Origin: Candidatus Micrarchaeia archaeon
GTDB lineage: Archaea; Micrarchaeota; Micrarchaeia; Burarchaeales; Fermentimicrarchaeaceae
Reading direction: 5' to 3'
NCBI GenBank assembly: GCA_038871515.1
Contig: JAVZHX010000001.1
Coordinates: 318,915-382,914, forward strand
DNA: 64,000 nt
Positions 29,298 through 38,557 of this stretch are shown here, in pieces. A program made the translations under genes and the position numbers. Every line of letters begins with the position of its first letter. Position 1 is the first letter of the stretch. The notes beneath the pieces are model-generated. The model saw only the letters and a program-made list of their open reading frames with translations, was not told the DNA's origin and ran no database searches.

Positions 29298-30596
29298 ACG
29301 GAGATAACTTTTTTTGGCGGTGCCAATGAAGTAGGAAGGAACTGCATACTTGTTGAGGAGGGAAAAACAAACCTTCTTTTGGATGCAGGGATTAAGCTTG
29401 GGGAAACTGATGAGTATCCGCTGATAAGTGACTCAGAGGTAAGGAAGCTGAGGAGAATTGCAATAAGCCACACCCACCTAGACCACGTTGGGTATCTGCC
29501 GCACATGTATTCAAGAGGGTGCAGAGCGGAGATTTATTCAACAAAACCAACTCATGATTTGACTCAGCTTCTCCTTGCGGATTACCAGAGAATAAACAGA
29601 GGGATGAAATTCAGCAACAACGATATAGTGAAAGCGATGAGGATGTGGAAGATGGTGGAGTATGGGGAGGTGGTTGGCGATAAACTGCAGTTCTCCTTCC
29701 ACAAATCAGGCCATATATTGGGAAGCGCAATGGTGCTTGTAAGGGGAGGCTCCTCTCTTCTTTTCACCTCTGATGTTAATGATAGGGAAACCAGACTGCT
29801 GGAGGAGGGTGAAAGAAACATTGTTGCTGAGAATATGATTGTTGAATCAACTTACGGAGCTCCAACAGACCAGCACCCATCGCTTAAAAACGCATCAAAA
29901 ATGCTTTGCGACAGCATAAACAGAACTGTGAAAAAAGGTGGAAAAGTTTTAATACCAAGCTTTGCAGTTGGGAGAGCACAGGAAATTCTCTTCATACTTG
30001 AAAATTACATGAGCTCCGGGGTGCTTGAGAGAGTTCCAATTTTTGTTGATGGGATGATACTTAAAGCAAACAGAATATACAGGCAGAATGTTATTTACTG
30101 CAGAGATGAAATACAGAAAAGAATTCTTATGAGCGATGATGACCCATTTAAAAGCAAATTCTTCCAAACACCAAGAACGAAGGATAGGAGCGATGTGCTG
30201 AAAGAAGGAAGCGCGATAATTGTTTCGACTTCGGGTATGTTAACCGGTGGGCCGGTGCTGCGCTATCTTGAGGCGCTTGCTGGTGACCCGAATAACCTGC
30301 TTGTGCTGGTTGGCTACCAAGCTGAAGGAACTCTTGGAAGAAAGCTGTTAGACGGGGAGAGAAAAGTGGAGTTAAACGGAAAGGAAATTGAAATAAAAAT
30401 GGGTGTGGAGCAGGCGCACTTCAGCGCGCACGCTGACTTTAAGGGTTTGCTTGAAATAGTGAAAAGCATAAGGAAGTTGAAAAGAGTGTTTGTTATACAT
30501 GGAGAGGGGGAGAAACCAAAGCTGTTTGGAGAGGCAGTTGCAAGGATGGGGTATGAAGTGATAATCCCAAGGAACACGGAGAGTTTCAGAATTTAG
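29298..30596 (+). CDS. MBL/beta-CASP ribonuclease (aCPSF-type)
   Basis: GGANEVGRNC, SHTHLDHVG, GHILGS, ESTYG, FAVGRAQE, FSAHAD; the conserved N-terminus requires a start at or near ACG 29298. Confidence 0.9.
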   Translation, partial: TEITFFGGANEVGRNCILVEEGKTNLLLDAGIKLGETDEYPLISDSEVRKLRRIAISHTHLDHVGYLPHMYSRGCRAEIYSTKPTHDLTQLLLADYQRINRGMKFSNNDIVKAMRMWKMVEYGEVVGDKLQFSFHKSGHILGSAMVLVRGGSSLLFTSDVNDRETRLLEEGERNIVAENMIVESTYGAPTDQHPSLKNASKMLCDSINRTVKKGGKVLIPSFAVGRAQEILFILENYMSSGVLERVPIFVDGMILKANRIYRQNVIYCRDEIQKRILMSDDDPFKSKFFQTPRTKDRSDVLKEGSAIIVSTSGMLTGGPVLRYLEALAGDPNNLLVLVGYQAEGTLGRKLLDGERKVELNGKEIEIKMGVEQAHFSAHADFKGLLEIVKSIRKLKRVFVIHGEGEKPKLFGEAVARMGYEVIIPRNTESFRI

Positions 30597-30622
30597 TTAT
30601 TTAATTGCAGAGGTATTTTATT

Positions 30623-31963
30623 ATGGATGAATTTCTGGAGAGATGCAGGAAGGTTAAGGAAAAGATAGAAAGCTTCAGAGCACCTCTGATTGTGAACCAT
30701 TATGATGCAGATGGGTTGGCTGCTGGTGCGCTTGTTGCAAAAGCACTGGAGAGCATTGGGAAGGAGTATGAGATGCTTACACTGCGCAAGCTTGTTATGA
30801 GAAAGGAAATTGAGGAAGCTGAGGAGGTTATTTTCGTTGATTTTGGAGGGGTGGAGCTGCTTGGGGAGGAGTTGAAAGGAAAGAGGTTTGTGGTGATAGA
30901 CCATCATCAGAGCATTGAAACCCCAACGCAGGCAAACCCTCATCTGTTTGGCTTTGATGGTGGAAGCGAGCTGAGCTCCTCCGGAACTGCTTACTTTGTT
31001 TTCAGAAAACCAGAGCTTGCTGATTTGGCTGTTGTTGGGGCAGTTGGGGACATGCAGCTTCCCCTCAAAAGTTTGAACAGAAAAATCCTAAGGGAGGGAA
31101 TAGAAAACAGAGTTTTGAGGTGCGATGTTGATTTGAGTATATTTGGAAGAATTGGCAGGCCTCTTCCCTGGTTTCTCTCATACTGCACGGAGCCATTCCT
31201 CCCTGGCTTGACTGGCAATGAGGGAAACTGCCATAGATTTTTGAATGAGGTTGGAATAGAGCTGAAAAGGGAGGGGGGATGGAGGAGGTATTTTGAGCTG
31301 TCTATTGAAGAAAGGGTTACGCTCATCTCAGCGCTTGTCGCATACCTGTATTCAAAAGGTAAATTTGAATCCGCCCATGAGCTTGTTGGTGAAGTTTATG
31401 AATTGGTTAACCAGCCTGAGGGAACTGAGCTGAGGGATGCGAAGGAGTACAGCACCCTTCTGAACGCGTGCGGAAGACATGGAAAACCGGAAATTGGAAT
31501 TAATGTTTGCTTGGGTAGAGAAGGCTCGCTGGAGAAAGCGAGAAGGATGCTTTACGAGCACAGGGAGGAGCTGAGAAAGGGTATGTTATACGCAGTTTCA
31601 AATTATGAAGACTTTGGAAGCTTTTATTTTCTTGACGGAAGAGGAAGAATTCAGGATGGGGTGATAGGCGTTATAGCTGGAATGCTTTACGGAGCTGCTC
31701 TTGAGGGAGATAAACCTATACTTGGAGTTGCATTTGATGAGGAAGGAAAAATAAAAATTTCTGCAAGGGGGACAAGAAAGCTCGTTGAAAGAGGGTTGAA
31801 TTTAGGTGAAGTGTTGAGAAAAGCATGCGCGGGAATTGGAGTTGGGGGAGGGCATAACATAGCTGCTGGAGGAACAATTGAGAGAGATAAGCTTAATGAA
31901 TTCCTGCTGAACTTTGGAAGAGAGCTGCAAGCTTCTCACCAAAAATTTCAAGAGAAACCATGA
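30623..31963 (+). CDS. Archaeal RecJ/Cdc45-like DHH phosphoesterase
   Basis: HYDADG, VDFG, IDHH, GAVGDMQ, LLNACGR, GGGHNIAAG. Confidence 0.9.
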   Translation: MDEFLERCRKVKEKIESFRAPLIVNHYDADGLAAGALVAKALESIGKEYEMLTLRKLVMRKEIEEAEEVIFVDFGGVELLGEELKGKRFVVIDHHQSIETPTQANPHLFGFDGGSELSSSGTAYFVFRKPELADLAVVGAVGDMQLPLKSLNRKILREGIENRVLRCDVDLSIFGRIGRPLPWFLSYCTEPFLPGLTGNEGNCHRFLNEVGIELKREGGWRRYFELSIEERVTLISALVAYLYSKGKFESAHELVGEVYELVNQPEGTELRDAKEYSTLLNACGRHGKPEIGINVCLGREGSLEKARRMLYEHREELRKGMLYAVSNYEDFGSFYFLDGRGRIQDGVIGVIAGMLYGAALEGDKPILGVAFDEEGKIKISARGTRKLVERGLNLGEVLRKACAGIGVGGGHNIAAGGTIERDKLNEFLLNFGRELQASHQKFQEKP

Positions 31964-32804
31964 TGAGCAGTTGGGCAAGCAAGTTTGCAACCATTGGAAT
32001 GGCAGCAGCAACCCCAAAGAGTTTCAGCACTATCGCAAATGAAAGCATCGCATTCTTAACGCTTGTTGCAACAAAAAAAGTAACTGCAGTTTTCTTCCCA
32101 TACCTTCTGCCTAAAAAGTAAGCTACAACACCTCCAAAAAGCAGTATGAGCAACAGCAACGCAGTTAACTCCAAAAGCTTCAACTCGTTGTTAGCTATTG
32201 CGGTGTGGCTCACTCCAAATATGCCCCACGCAAGCAGGAGCATTACAATAAGCTGATAATCTCTGTGTTTGTTTATCTTTTCAGCTACCCTTCTGAAAAG
32301 CTTCTTTGTCAGAAATGCTGCTGAAATTGGAATTAATATAACTTCGACAAGAAGGCCAAGTATTTTGTTGTTATCCACCTGCACCACCGCACCTGCGAGC
32401 AGTTGTATTGTGAGTGGGATTGTCAAAAAGGAGAGAAGGGAGGAGAGGAAGGAGACTAGAACCCCGAGCGCTATGTCGCCACCAAGGAAAGAAACAAAGA
32501 ATGGTGTTGCAGCTGCGCTTGGTGAGGAAAGCGCAAAGAGCACACCCACAAAACTCATTGGCTCTGAAAATTTGAAAGGGAGCGAAAGAAGCGGCATCAT
32601 GACGAAAACTAGTGAGAGCAGCACAAGCAATCCTTTCACATCAACCTTCCCAAGCTCCCTTTTTTCAACTCTTAAAGCAGAGAAGAACATGAGAAGAGCA
32701 AGAAGGGGATTGAGGTAATCCTTCCAGAGAAGAGAAACTTCTGGCAACAACAACCCAAATAGAATTGAGAGAATTATTGTGAGGGAGAACAGGTATTTAC
32801 TCAT
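31893..32804 (-). CDS. Bile acid:sodium symporter (BASS) family transporter
   Basis: About 10 TM segments, LALLMF, SPSAAA, GGD, VKNA. Confidence 0.75.
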   Translation of the reverse strand: MSKYLFSLTIILSILFGLLLPEVSLLWKDYLNPLLALLMFFSALRVEKRELGKVDVKGLLVLLSLVFVMMPLLSLPFKFSEPMSFVGVLFALSSPSAAATPFFVSFLGGDIALGVLVSFLSSLLSFLTIPLTIQLLAGAVVQVDNNKILGLLVEVILIPISAAFLTKKLFRRVAEKINKHRDYQLIVMLLLAWGIFGVSHTAIANNELKLLELTALLLLILLFGGVVAYFLGRRYGKKTAVTFFVATSVKNAMLSFAIVLKLFGVAAAIPMVANLLAQLLIMVSLEIFGEKLAALFQSSAGIH

Positions 32805-33447
32805 CAAAATCACTCAGCTTTCTCTGCTTCATCCTTTCCACAGTCTCCCACTCCTTTCTTACGTATTTATGTAGTTGTTGTCTATGGAAGTTATTTTTCA
32901 AAAATTCAATTGTTCTCTCATCAGAGGTGTAACCACTCCCAAAATCGCAGGAAAACTCCTTCTTTATCTGTTCAATCACAGTATCCCTTTCAACTTTTGC
33001 TATTACTGAAGCAGCGGAAACAACTGGGTAGTTGAAATCCGCCTTATGCTCACAGATAAGCTCTGCATTTCCTTTGTAGTATTTTTTTAACCTTGCGTGA
33101 AACATTCCTTCAACAGAGTCGGGAGAGTCAACGTAGATAAGCTCTGGCTGGTGCTTCAGAGAGGAGAAAAGCTTCCCCATCTCCATCGCTTCTATCTCAT
33201 TCAAACTGTGCTTTTTCATCAGTTCATTAAGAGAGCTTGCGGTTATTTTCACAACCGCAATTTCCTTGCATATTTTTTTTATTTTCCCAACAAGCTTCTC
33301 CCTTCTCTTTGGGGTGAGCAGCTTAGAGTCCTTCACTCCAACTCTCCTAAGCTCTCCCTCTTTTTCCTTCTCAACAATTGCAACGCAGATTACCAACGGG
33401 CCCAACACGCATCCTCTGCCAGCTTCATCAGCTCCTCCAATGAGTAT
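32797..33447 (-). CDS. rnhB: Ribonuclease HII
   Basis: ADEAGRG (upstream of the ORF-track start), DSKLL, KAD, AASVIAKVERD, GSGY, PIP box QRKLSDF; start placed at ATA 33447. Confidence 0.95.
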   Translation of the reverse strand: MLIGGADEAGRGCVLGPLVICVAIVEKEKEGELRRVGVKDSKLLTPKRREKLVGKIKKICKEIAVVKITASSLNELMKKHSLNEIEAMEMGKLFSSLKHQPELIYVDSPDSVEGMFHARLKKYYKGNAELICEHKADFNYPVVSAASVIAKVERDTVIEQIKKEFSCDFGSGYTSDERTIEFLKNNFHRQQLHKYVRKEWETVERMKQRKLSDFDE

Positions 33448-33497
33448 GGAATCACCTCTTCATATTAAGAAAAAGTAGAATAAGAAACTTCCCAAAC

Positions 33498-33749
33498 TCA
33501 AAGTCCTTTCTTATCTAGAATTATATGGTCAGAAACAGCCAGCACAGCGGAGTATGGGATGAGAAGCATTCCCTCCTCCCTCTTCATTTTCCTAACTGTT
33601 GGGCTGTCCACATTCGGCTCAACAATTAACGATTCTATCTTGCCGGTTACTTCACTTATATACGCATCAACAAACTTTCCAATTTCCTCTCCATCATTAG
33701 TTATCAGCTTCTTCCCAGCCAGCTGCTTCGCAATAACGAATTTTCCCAT
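33498..33749 (-). CDS. PRC-barrel domain protein
   Basis: LAGKKLITNDGEEIG..D..TGKI..IPYSAV. Confidence 0.85.
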   Translation of the reverse strand: MGKFVIAKQLAGKKLITNDGEEIGKFVDAYISEVTGKIESLIVEPNVDSPTVRKMKREEGMLLIPYSAVLAVSDHIILDKKGL

Positions 33750-33814
33750 CAACACCACCTTTCAATCAACTGAAAGAATTTCTTGGAAGTTATTTAAATA
33801 GCTTTCTCTTTTTT

Positions 33815-34975
33815 TTATGGTTGCTCCCACTCTATCTCATAATACTCATACTTGCTTCCGGGAAGCTCTATTCTCCTCACCCTATAATAAGTGACAGAGG
33901 TTTCCCTATCGCTTATCGCGAGTATCAAATCCAAACCGAGCTTCTTTGCAGCTTCAATTGCCTCTGCAAGCTCTGCCCCTCCAATCTGCTCCTCCTCGCT
34001 GAGGGAGAGCATTGCAAAGGAAGGCTCATCCTTCCCAGGCACCTCTATTCCACCCTCCTTTCTATGATAAAGCAGAAAATCAAGCTTTGCTTTCGCTTTT
34101 CTCTTAACTCCAGGTATTGCAAGTATGAATGTTTTTCTCACGCTGTGCGCAACTCTTATTGCTCTTGCCCACTCCGAAATCAGCAGTTTGCTTTCTCTTG
34201 GAAATACGTGAATCACGTGCTTTGAATGCACCCACTCCTCCCCACTTCTTGTTGGGGATGCTTTTGGGAAGTAAACCCTGAAATGGGTGCCGAATTTGAA
34301 ACCAGTTTTCAGTATAAAGCCCCTCAACCTCCAATCCTCATAAACTTCATACATATAAAGCAATTCCGGCCTTCTTTTCTTCGCATATGCTTTAACTTTG
34401 CTTTCATTGAAATTTCTCAGCTTCAAACCACAGTGGTGCAGCATGAAAAGAGTTTCATATATATCTAGCTTGCACAGCTTGCCTCTCTGCTCGGCTTTGT
34501 AGCTTCCAAACTGCCCCAGCCAGTAATTCTCATACAGCTCCTTCCCAATAACCTCATCGTCAATTACGGTTACCAAATCCTCTGGGAAGAACATTCCAAC
34601 AATGCTGTATTTTGGAGGGGAGAAGGCGCTTGACGGATATTTTTTCACAGGGTTCTTCTTATACGCTCCTTTTGCCTCCTCAATTCTCCTTATCATCAAC
34701 CCCCTATCCCTCCAATCCTTATACGTGAAGTAGCGAGCCATCAACTTTTTTGAGTATAATGCTTCTGAAACATCATTGAAGCGCAGCTCATTACCAACTT
34801 CATCATAGCATTTCGCATTCCTTATATCAATTAGGTATAATGCTTCTTCGGGTGAGAGGTAAATTGTCCCTCCCTTCATAACTCCGTAGTGGCCGTTTTG
34901 AAGCGAGCTCACCGACTCCGGTTCGGTGACTGTGAGCTCCTTTGTTTTTCTGTTGAAGTTAATAACCACTCCCAT
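33815..34975 (-). CDS. endA: tRNA-splicing endonuclease (three-unit, epsilon2-size)
   Basis: LSPEEALYL, YKDWRDRG, KTGFKFGTHFRVY, RVAHSVRK; 386 aa. Confidence 0.9.
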   Translation of the reverse strand: MGVVINFNRKTKELTVTEPESVSSLQNGHYGVMKGGTIYLSPEEALYLIDIRNAKCYDEVGNELRFNDVSEALYSKKLMARYFTYKDWRDRGLMIRRIEEAKGAYKKNPVKKYPSSAFSPPKYSIVGMFFPEDLVTVIDDEVIGKELYENYWLGQFGSYKAEQRGKLCKLDIYETLFMLHHCGLKLRNFNESKVKAYAKKRRPELLYMYEVYEDWRLRGFILKTGFKFGTHFRVYFPKASPTRSGEEWVHSKHVIHVFPRESKLLISEWARAIRVAHSVRKTFILAIPGVKRKAKAKLDFLLYHRKEGGIEVPGKDEPSFAMLSLSEEEQIGGAELAEAIEAAKKLGLDLILAISDRETSVTYYRVRRIELPGSKYEYYEIEWEQP

Positions 34976-35021
34976 GTAAATCGTATTAAATATTGTTGCG
35001 ATAATTAATAAATCTGGTGTT

Positions 35022-35990
35022 ATGTATCTGCCAGAAGCTCTTGCACTGCAGATGAGAAAGCAGCACTATCATTTAGTTGGAAGCCACTCCGCAGTTAAAG
35101 CATGCAAGTGGTTGAGGGAGAGCATAACTGGGAGGAGAACATGCTACAAAAACACGTTTTACGGGATTAACAGCTGGCAGTGCGTTCAGTGCTCCCCAAT
35201 GGTGAGCTGCAACCTTGCATGCAGGTTCTGCTGGAGGATATCGCCAGATGACATTGGAGTGAAGTGGAATGAAATGAGAGAACCAAAATGGGATTCACCT
35301 GAGATGCTTGCGGATGGTTTTCTCATGGAGCAGAGGAGAATTGTTTCCGGTTATAAAGGTAACCCAAAAGTTGTTATGGAAAGATGGAGGGAGGCAAACA
35401 GCCCAGCGCACGTTGCGATAAGCTTAATTGGCGAAGTTACCCTCTACCCATATCTATCTGAATTAATTGAAATTTTTCACAAAAAAGGAATGAGCACGTT
35501 TGTTGTCACAAATGGAACCTTTCCGAAAATGATTGAGAAACTTAACCCTCTGCCAACACAGCTGTATATGTCACTTGAAGCACCTGATGAAGAAACTTAT
35601 GCGAAAACCTGCCGCCCAAGAAACAAGGAAGCATGGAAAGGCGTTAATGAAACTCTTGAGCTTTTCCCTTCTTTGAAAACAAGAAAAGTATTGAGACTGA
35701 CTTTGGTAAATGGGTTGAATATGGTGAACCCAGAAGGGTATGCAAAACTGATAATGAAAGCACAGCCTGACTACGTTGAACCAAAAAGCTTTGTTTTCGT
35801 TGGTGGGGCAAGGTATAACAGAGGTTTGAGTTTGAATGATATGCCGAAGCATGAGGAGATAAGGGAGTTTGCAAGAAAACTCTCTGAGGAGACAGGCTAT
35901 ATAATTTCGGATGAAAGGAAGGACAGTAGGGTTGTGCTTCTTTGCAGAGACAGAAATGCTGAAAAAAGCAGATTCATTCAGAAGAAGTAA
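35022..35990 (+). CDS. taw1: 4-demethylwyosine synthase (TYW1 radical SAM)
   Basis: HSAVKACKW, CYKNTFYGI, CNLACRFCWR, HVAISLIGE. Confidence 0.95.
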   Translation: MYLPEALALQMRKQHYHLVGSHSAVKACKWLRESITGRRTCYKNTFYGINSWQCVQCSPMVSCNLACRFCWRISPDDIGVKWNEMREPKWDSPEMLADGFLMEQRRIVSGYKGNPKVVMERWREANSPAHVAISLIGEVTLYPYLSELIEIFHKKGMSTFVVTNGTFPKMIEKLNPLPTQLYMSLEAPDEETYAKTCRPRNKEAWKGVNETLELFPSLKTRKVLRLTLVNGLNMVNPEGYAKLIMKAQPDYVEPKSFVFVGGARYNRGLSLNDMPKHEEIREFARKLSEETGYIISDERKDSRVVLLCRDRNAEKSRFIQKK

Positions 35991-36274
35991 TTCGTCCTTT
36001 CAACTTCCTCCTCTTTAACTTTAAATACAATTTCCCTAAGCTCATCAATTGTTGGGACACCAACAAATGCAACTCTTCCATTCACAAGTATTGCAGGAGT
36101 TGAATCTATCTGAAACTCATACATCCTCAGCTGCCCCTCCTCGCTGAGTATACTCTCCTCATGAAGCACAACTGGGAACTTGCAGGTGGAAACGAGCTGC
36201 TTTGCAACCTTCATTGCTTTCGGTGAATGGGGGCAGTTTGGCGAAGTTATAACTTCAATGAATATTGGGTTCAT
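35978..36274 (-). CDS. Thioredoxin/glutaredoxin-like protein with CPHS motif
   Basis: TSPNCPHS, STPAILVNG..FVGVP. Confidence 0.8.
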   Translation of the reverse strand: MNPIFIEVITSPNCPHSPKAMKVAKQLVSTCKFPVVLHEESILSEEGQLRMYEFQIDSTPAILVNGRVAFVGVPTIDELREIVFKVKEEEVERTNYFF

Positions 36275-36318
36275 GCTTATTTTTTCTCTGAGCAAGTATA
36301 AAAATACATGCTAAAACG

Positions 36319-37023
36319 TTAGGCAGGTTTAAGCAGTGAAAAATGCTTTCTGCTCACCTCAACAGCTATTTTTGAGTTCGTTTTTATATGGTGGATGAAC
36401 TGCCCATCAATCACAAGGTCCGCATTTCCCTTCTTCACAACTACGGTGCATTTTGCGGAGTTGGGCAGCACAACTGGTTTGAAACTTCTTCTGTAAGGTG
36501 CGATTGGGACAACTTCATATTTCTTCGCATTTGGAGGCAGCTCTGGTGCACCACATGAGTAAGCATAAGCAGTCGAACCCGTCGGAGTTGAGAAAAGCAC
36601 TCCATCTGCTCGGAAGGTTGCTTTTTTTCCATTGAAAAAAAGAATGAGTTCAACTAACCGGTGATCCCTGCTTCTTATGCAAACTTCGTTCAACGCATTC
36701 TCATACCTTTTTCCTGCACTACGGCACTCCAGCATGCTCCTTCTCTCAATCTTATTCCTCTTAAGCAACCTCTCAAGAATCTCTCTCCAGTTCTTGTAGT
36801 TTGACTGGCAGATGAAGCTTCTCTCATTCCCAATTCCAAAAACGGGTTTGTTATACTTATTTTTGTTGTAAAGCAACGTTCCATCTCCTCCAATTGTGAT
36901 AAGCACTTGCCCCTCCTCCACCCTCACTCCCCTTTGAATAAGAAACGCTTCCACTTCTCTTTTTAGCTTCACCGCCCACTCCTTCTCTGGGTTGGCTACG
37001 ACAAACGCGCTCATCACTTTCAT
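36319..37023 (-). CDS. nadK: NAD kinase
   Basis: GGDGTLL, ALNE, DGVLFSTPTGSTAY, IDG. Confidence 0.92.
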   Translation of the reverse strand: MKVMSAFVVANPEKEWAVKLKREVEAFLIQRGVRVEEGQVLITIGGDGTLLYNKNKYNKPVFGIGNERSFICQSNYKNWREILERLLKRNKIERRSMLECRSAGKRYENALNEVCIRSRDHRLVELILFFNGKKATFRADGVLFSTPTGSTAYAYSCGAPELPPNAKKYEVVPIAPYRRSFKPVVLPNSAKCTVVVKKGNADLVIDGQFIHHIKTNSKIAVEVSRKHFSLLKPA

Positions 37024-37422
37024 TCAATCACTTTTCAGAATTGTCACGTTAACAACTCTTTTGCTTCTTGGCCCGTCAAGCTCGCAGAATATAACCCTCT
37101 GCCAAGTTCCCAAAACAAGCCTTCCCTCCTCAATTGGTATCACTCTCCCTGAGCCGAACAAACCACTTATCAAATGGGCAGTTGCATTATCGTCTATTCT
37201 GTCATGCGCATAGTTTATTTTTGGCAGAATAGTTTCAAAAATTCTTTCAAAATCGCTCTGTAGGTTCGGCTCAAATTCATTTATAATAATTGCGGCTGTG
37301 GCATGGGGCGCGTGCACAACACACGCACCTGTTTTCACTCCGCTTTTTTCAACAAAGCTTTGAACGTGATTCGTTACATCCACAAGCTCAATTTTCTTTT
37401 TCGTTGAAAGATAGAATTGCAT
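37024..37422 (-). CDS. YjbQ/UPF0047 family protein
   Basis: PHATAAIIINE, NATAH, LGTWQ..ELDGPR. Confidence 0.92.
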   Translation of the reverse strand: MQFYLSTKKKIELVDVTNHVQSFVEKSGVKTGACVVHAPHATAAIIINEFEPNLQSDFERIFETILPKINYAHDRIDDNATAHLISGLFGSGRVIPIEEGRLVLGTWQRVIFCELDGPRSKRVVNVTILKSD

Positions 37423-37787
37423 CAGCTCACCCTCAATCTGCATATTTCAGCAGTTTCATTATCCTTTATCCACATACAGACAAGCGAGTTATTCTGCCTC
37501 ACGCCAATCACAACGTTTCTGCACTGTCCCTCAAGTTCAGAGTGAATGTTGGAGCATTCGGATTCGTTGAGCTCAAGAAGAGCAATCCTCATCACACAGT
37601 AATCCCTTGCAGTTGAATTCTGAATTCTGTTGCACAGCAGTGAGTTGCTGTGCTGAAATGCAAGCGCTGAGAAGCACCTATCTTTTACCTCTAAATCAAG
37701 GGACTGCTCACACATAGACTCTATACTCATAACTCCACAGCATCCAACTAACATCAATGAAACCAAGAGGAAGTGCGCTTTCATCAA
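37422..37787 (-). CDS. Cys-repeat lipoprotein
   Basis: Lipobox-like LVGC; repeated C-x2-I-x7-C units. Confidence 0.65.
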   Translation of the reverse strand: MMKAHFLLVSLMLVGCCGVMSIESMCEQSLDLEVKDRCFSALAFQHSNSLLCNRIQNSTARDYCVMRIALLELNESECSNIHSELEGQCRNVVIGVRQNNSLVCMWIKDNETAEICRLRVS

Positions 37788-37807
37788 AAATATATTGGAT
37801 TGATTAT

Positions 37808-38557
37808 TTAAATACTGAACCCTTGAAGCGCTTCCTCCTCCATAAAGTGAAGCTTGCCCGGTATTATCAAAATGAAGGGTGGCTTCCCAAGCTCTTTTTT
37901 AATTATCTCTTCGGCTTTTCCATAGGTGATTTTCTGCTCCTCGCTGCCAACCCTGCTTAGCACAACCACGTGAAACTCTCCCAGCTTCCCTTCCTCTTTA
38001 TCAACTTTTATAAGCTGCTCAACTGCCTCCTTTGCATCCATGCATCTTTCCTTCAAATCAAGAAAAACAACTGAGTGCAAACCCCTTTTTCTATTTTCAG
38101 CTATAACCTCATAGCTGCTTCTCGGCTCGTAACCCTTGCTCCACATCGCAAGCGTGCATGGCTTTCCAATTTTATATACTTGCAAACCACACTCTCCAAT
38201 TGCAGCTGTGAGAATTGAGGAGGAGTGCACTATTTCTGTTTTAATTCCTTTTTTCTCAGCAGAGAGTTTAAGCGAGATATGGGTGGTTGATATCATTGGG
38301 TCGCCGTGAGTGAGAAGCGCAACTCTTTTGGAAGCTGCCTCCTCAAGAATTTTTCTCTCACCCTCCACCTCCTCCCTGCTCAGAAGAGTTATTTTTTTGT
38401 CAATAAGTTTTTCCAAGCGTTTCAGAGAGCCCTCCTCCATCACTCCAGTGTACTGCTCCGCAAAAACAACATCGCATTCCTTCAGCTTCTCCAAACCCCT
38501 TAAGCTTATATCCTTCTCACTCCGCAGCCCCATTCCAATTAGCAACAGCTCTCCCAT
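37808..38557 (-). CDS. dph5: Diphthine synthase
   Basis: LIGMGL..DISLRG, EQYT, GDPMISTTH, GLQVYKIG, LHFMEEE. Confidence 0.95.
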   Translation of the reverse strand: MGELLLIGMGLRSEKDISLRGLEKLKECDVVFAEQYTGVMEEGSLKRLEKLIDKKITLLSREEVEGERKILEEAASKRVALLTHGDPMISTTHISLKLSAEKKGIKTEIVHSSSILTAAIGECGLQVYKIGKPCTLAMWSKGYEPRSSYEVIAENRKRGLHSVVFLDLKERCMDAKEAVEQLIKVDKEEGKLGEFHVVVLSRVGSEEQKITYGKAEEIIKKELGKPPFILIIPGKLHFMEEEALQGFSI

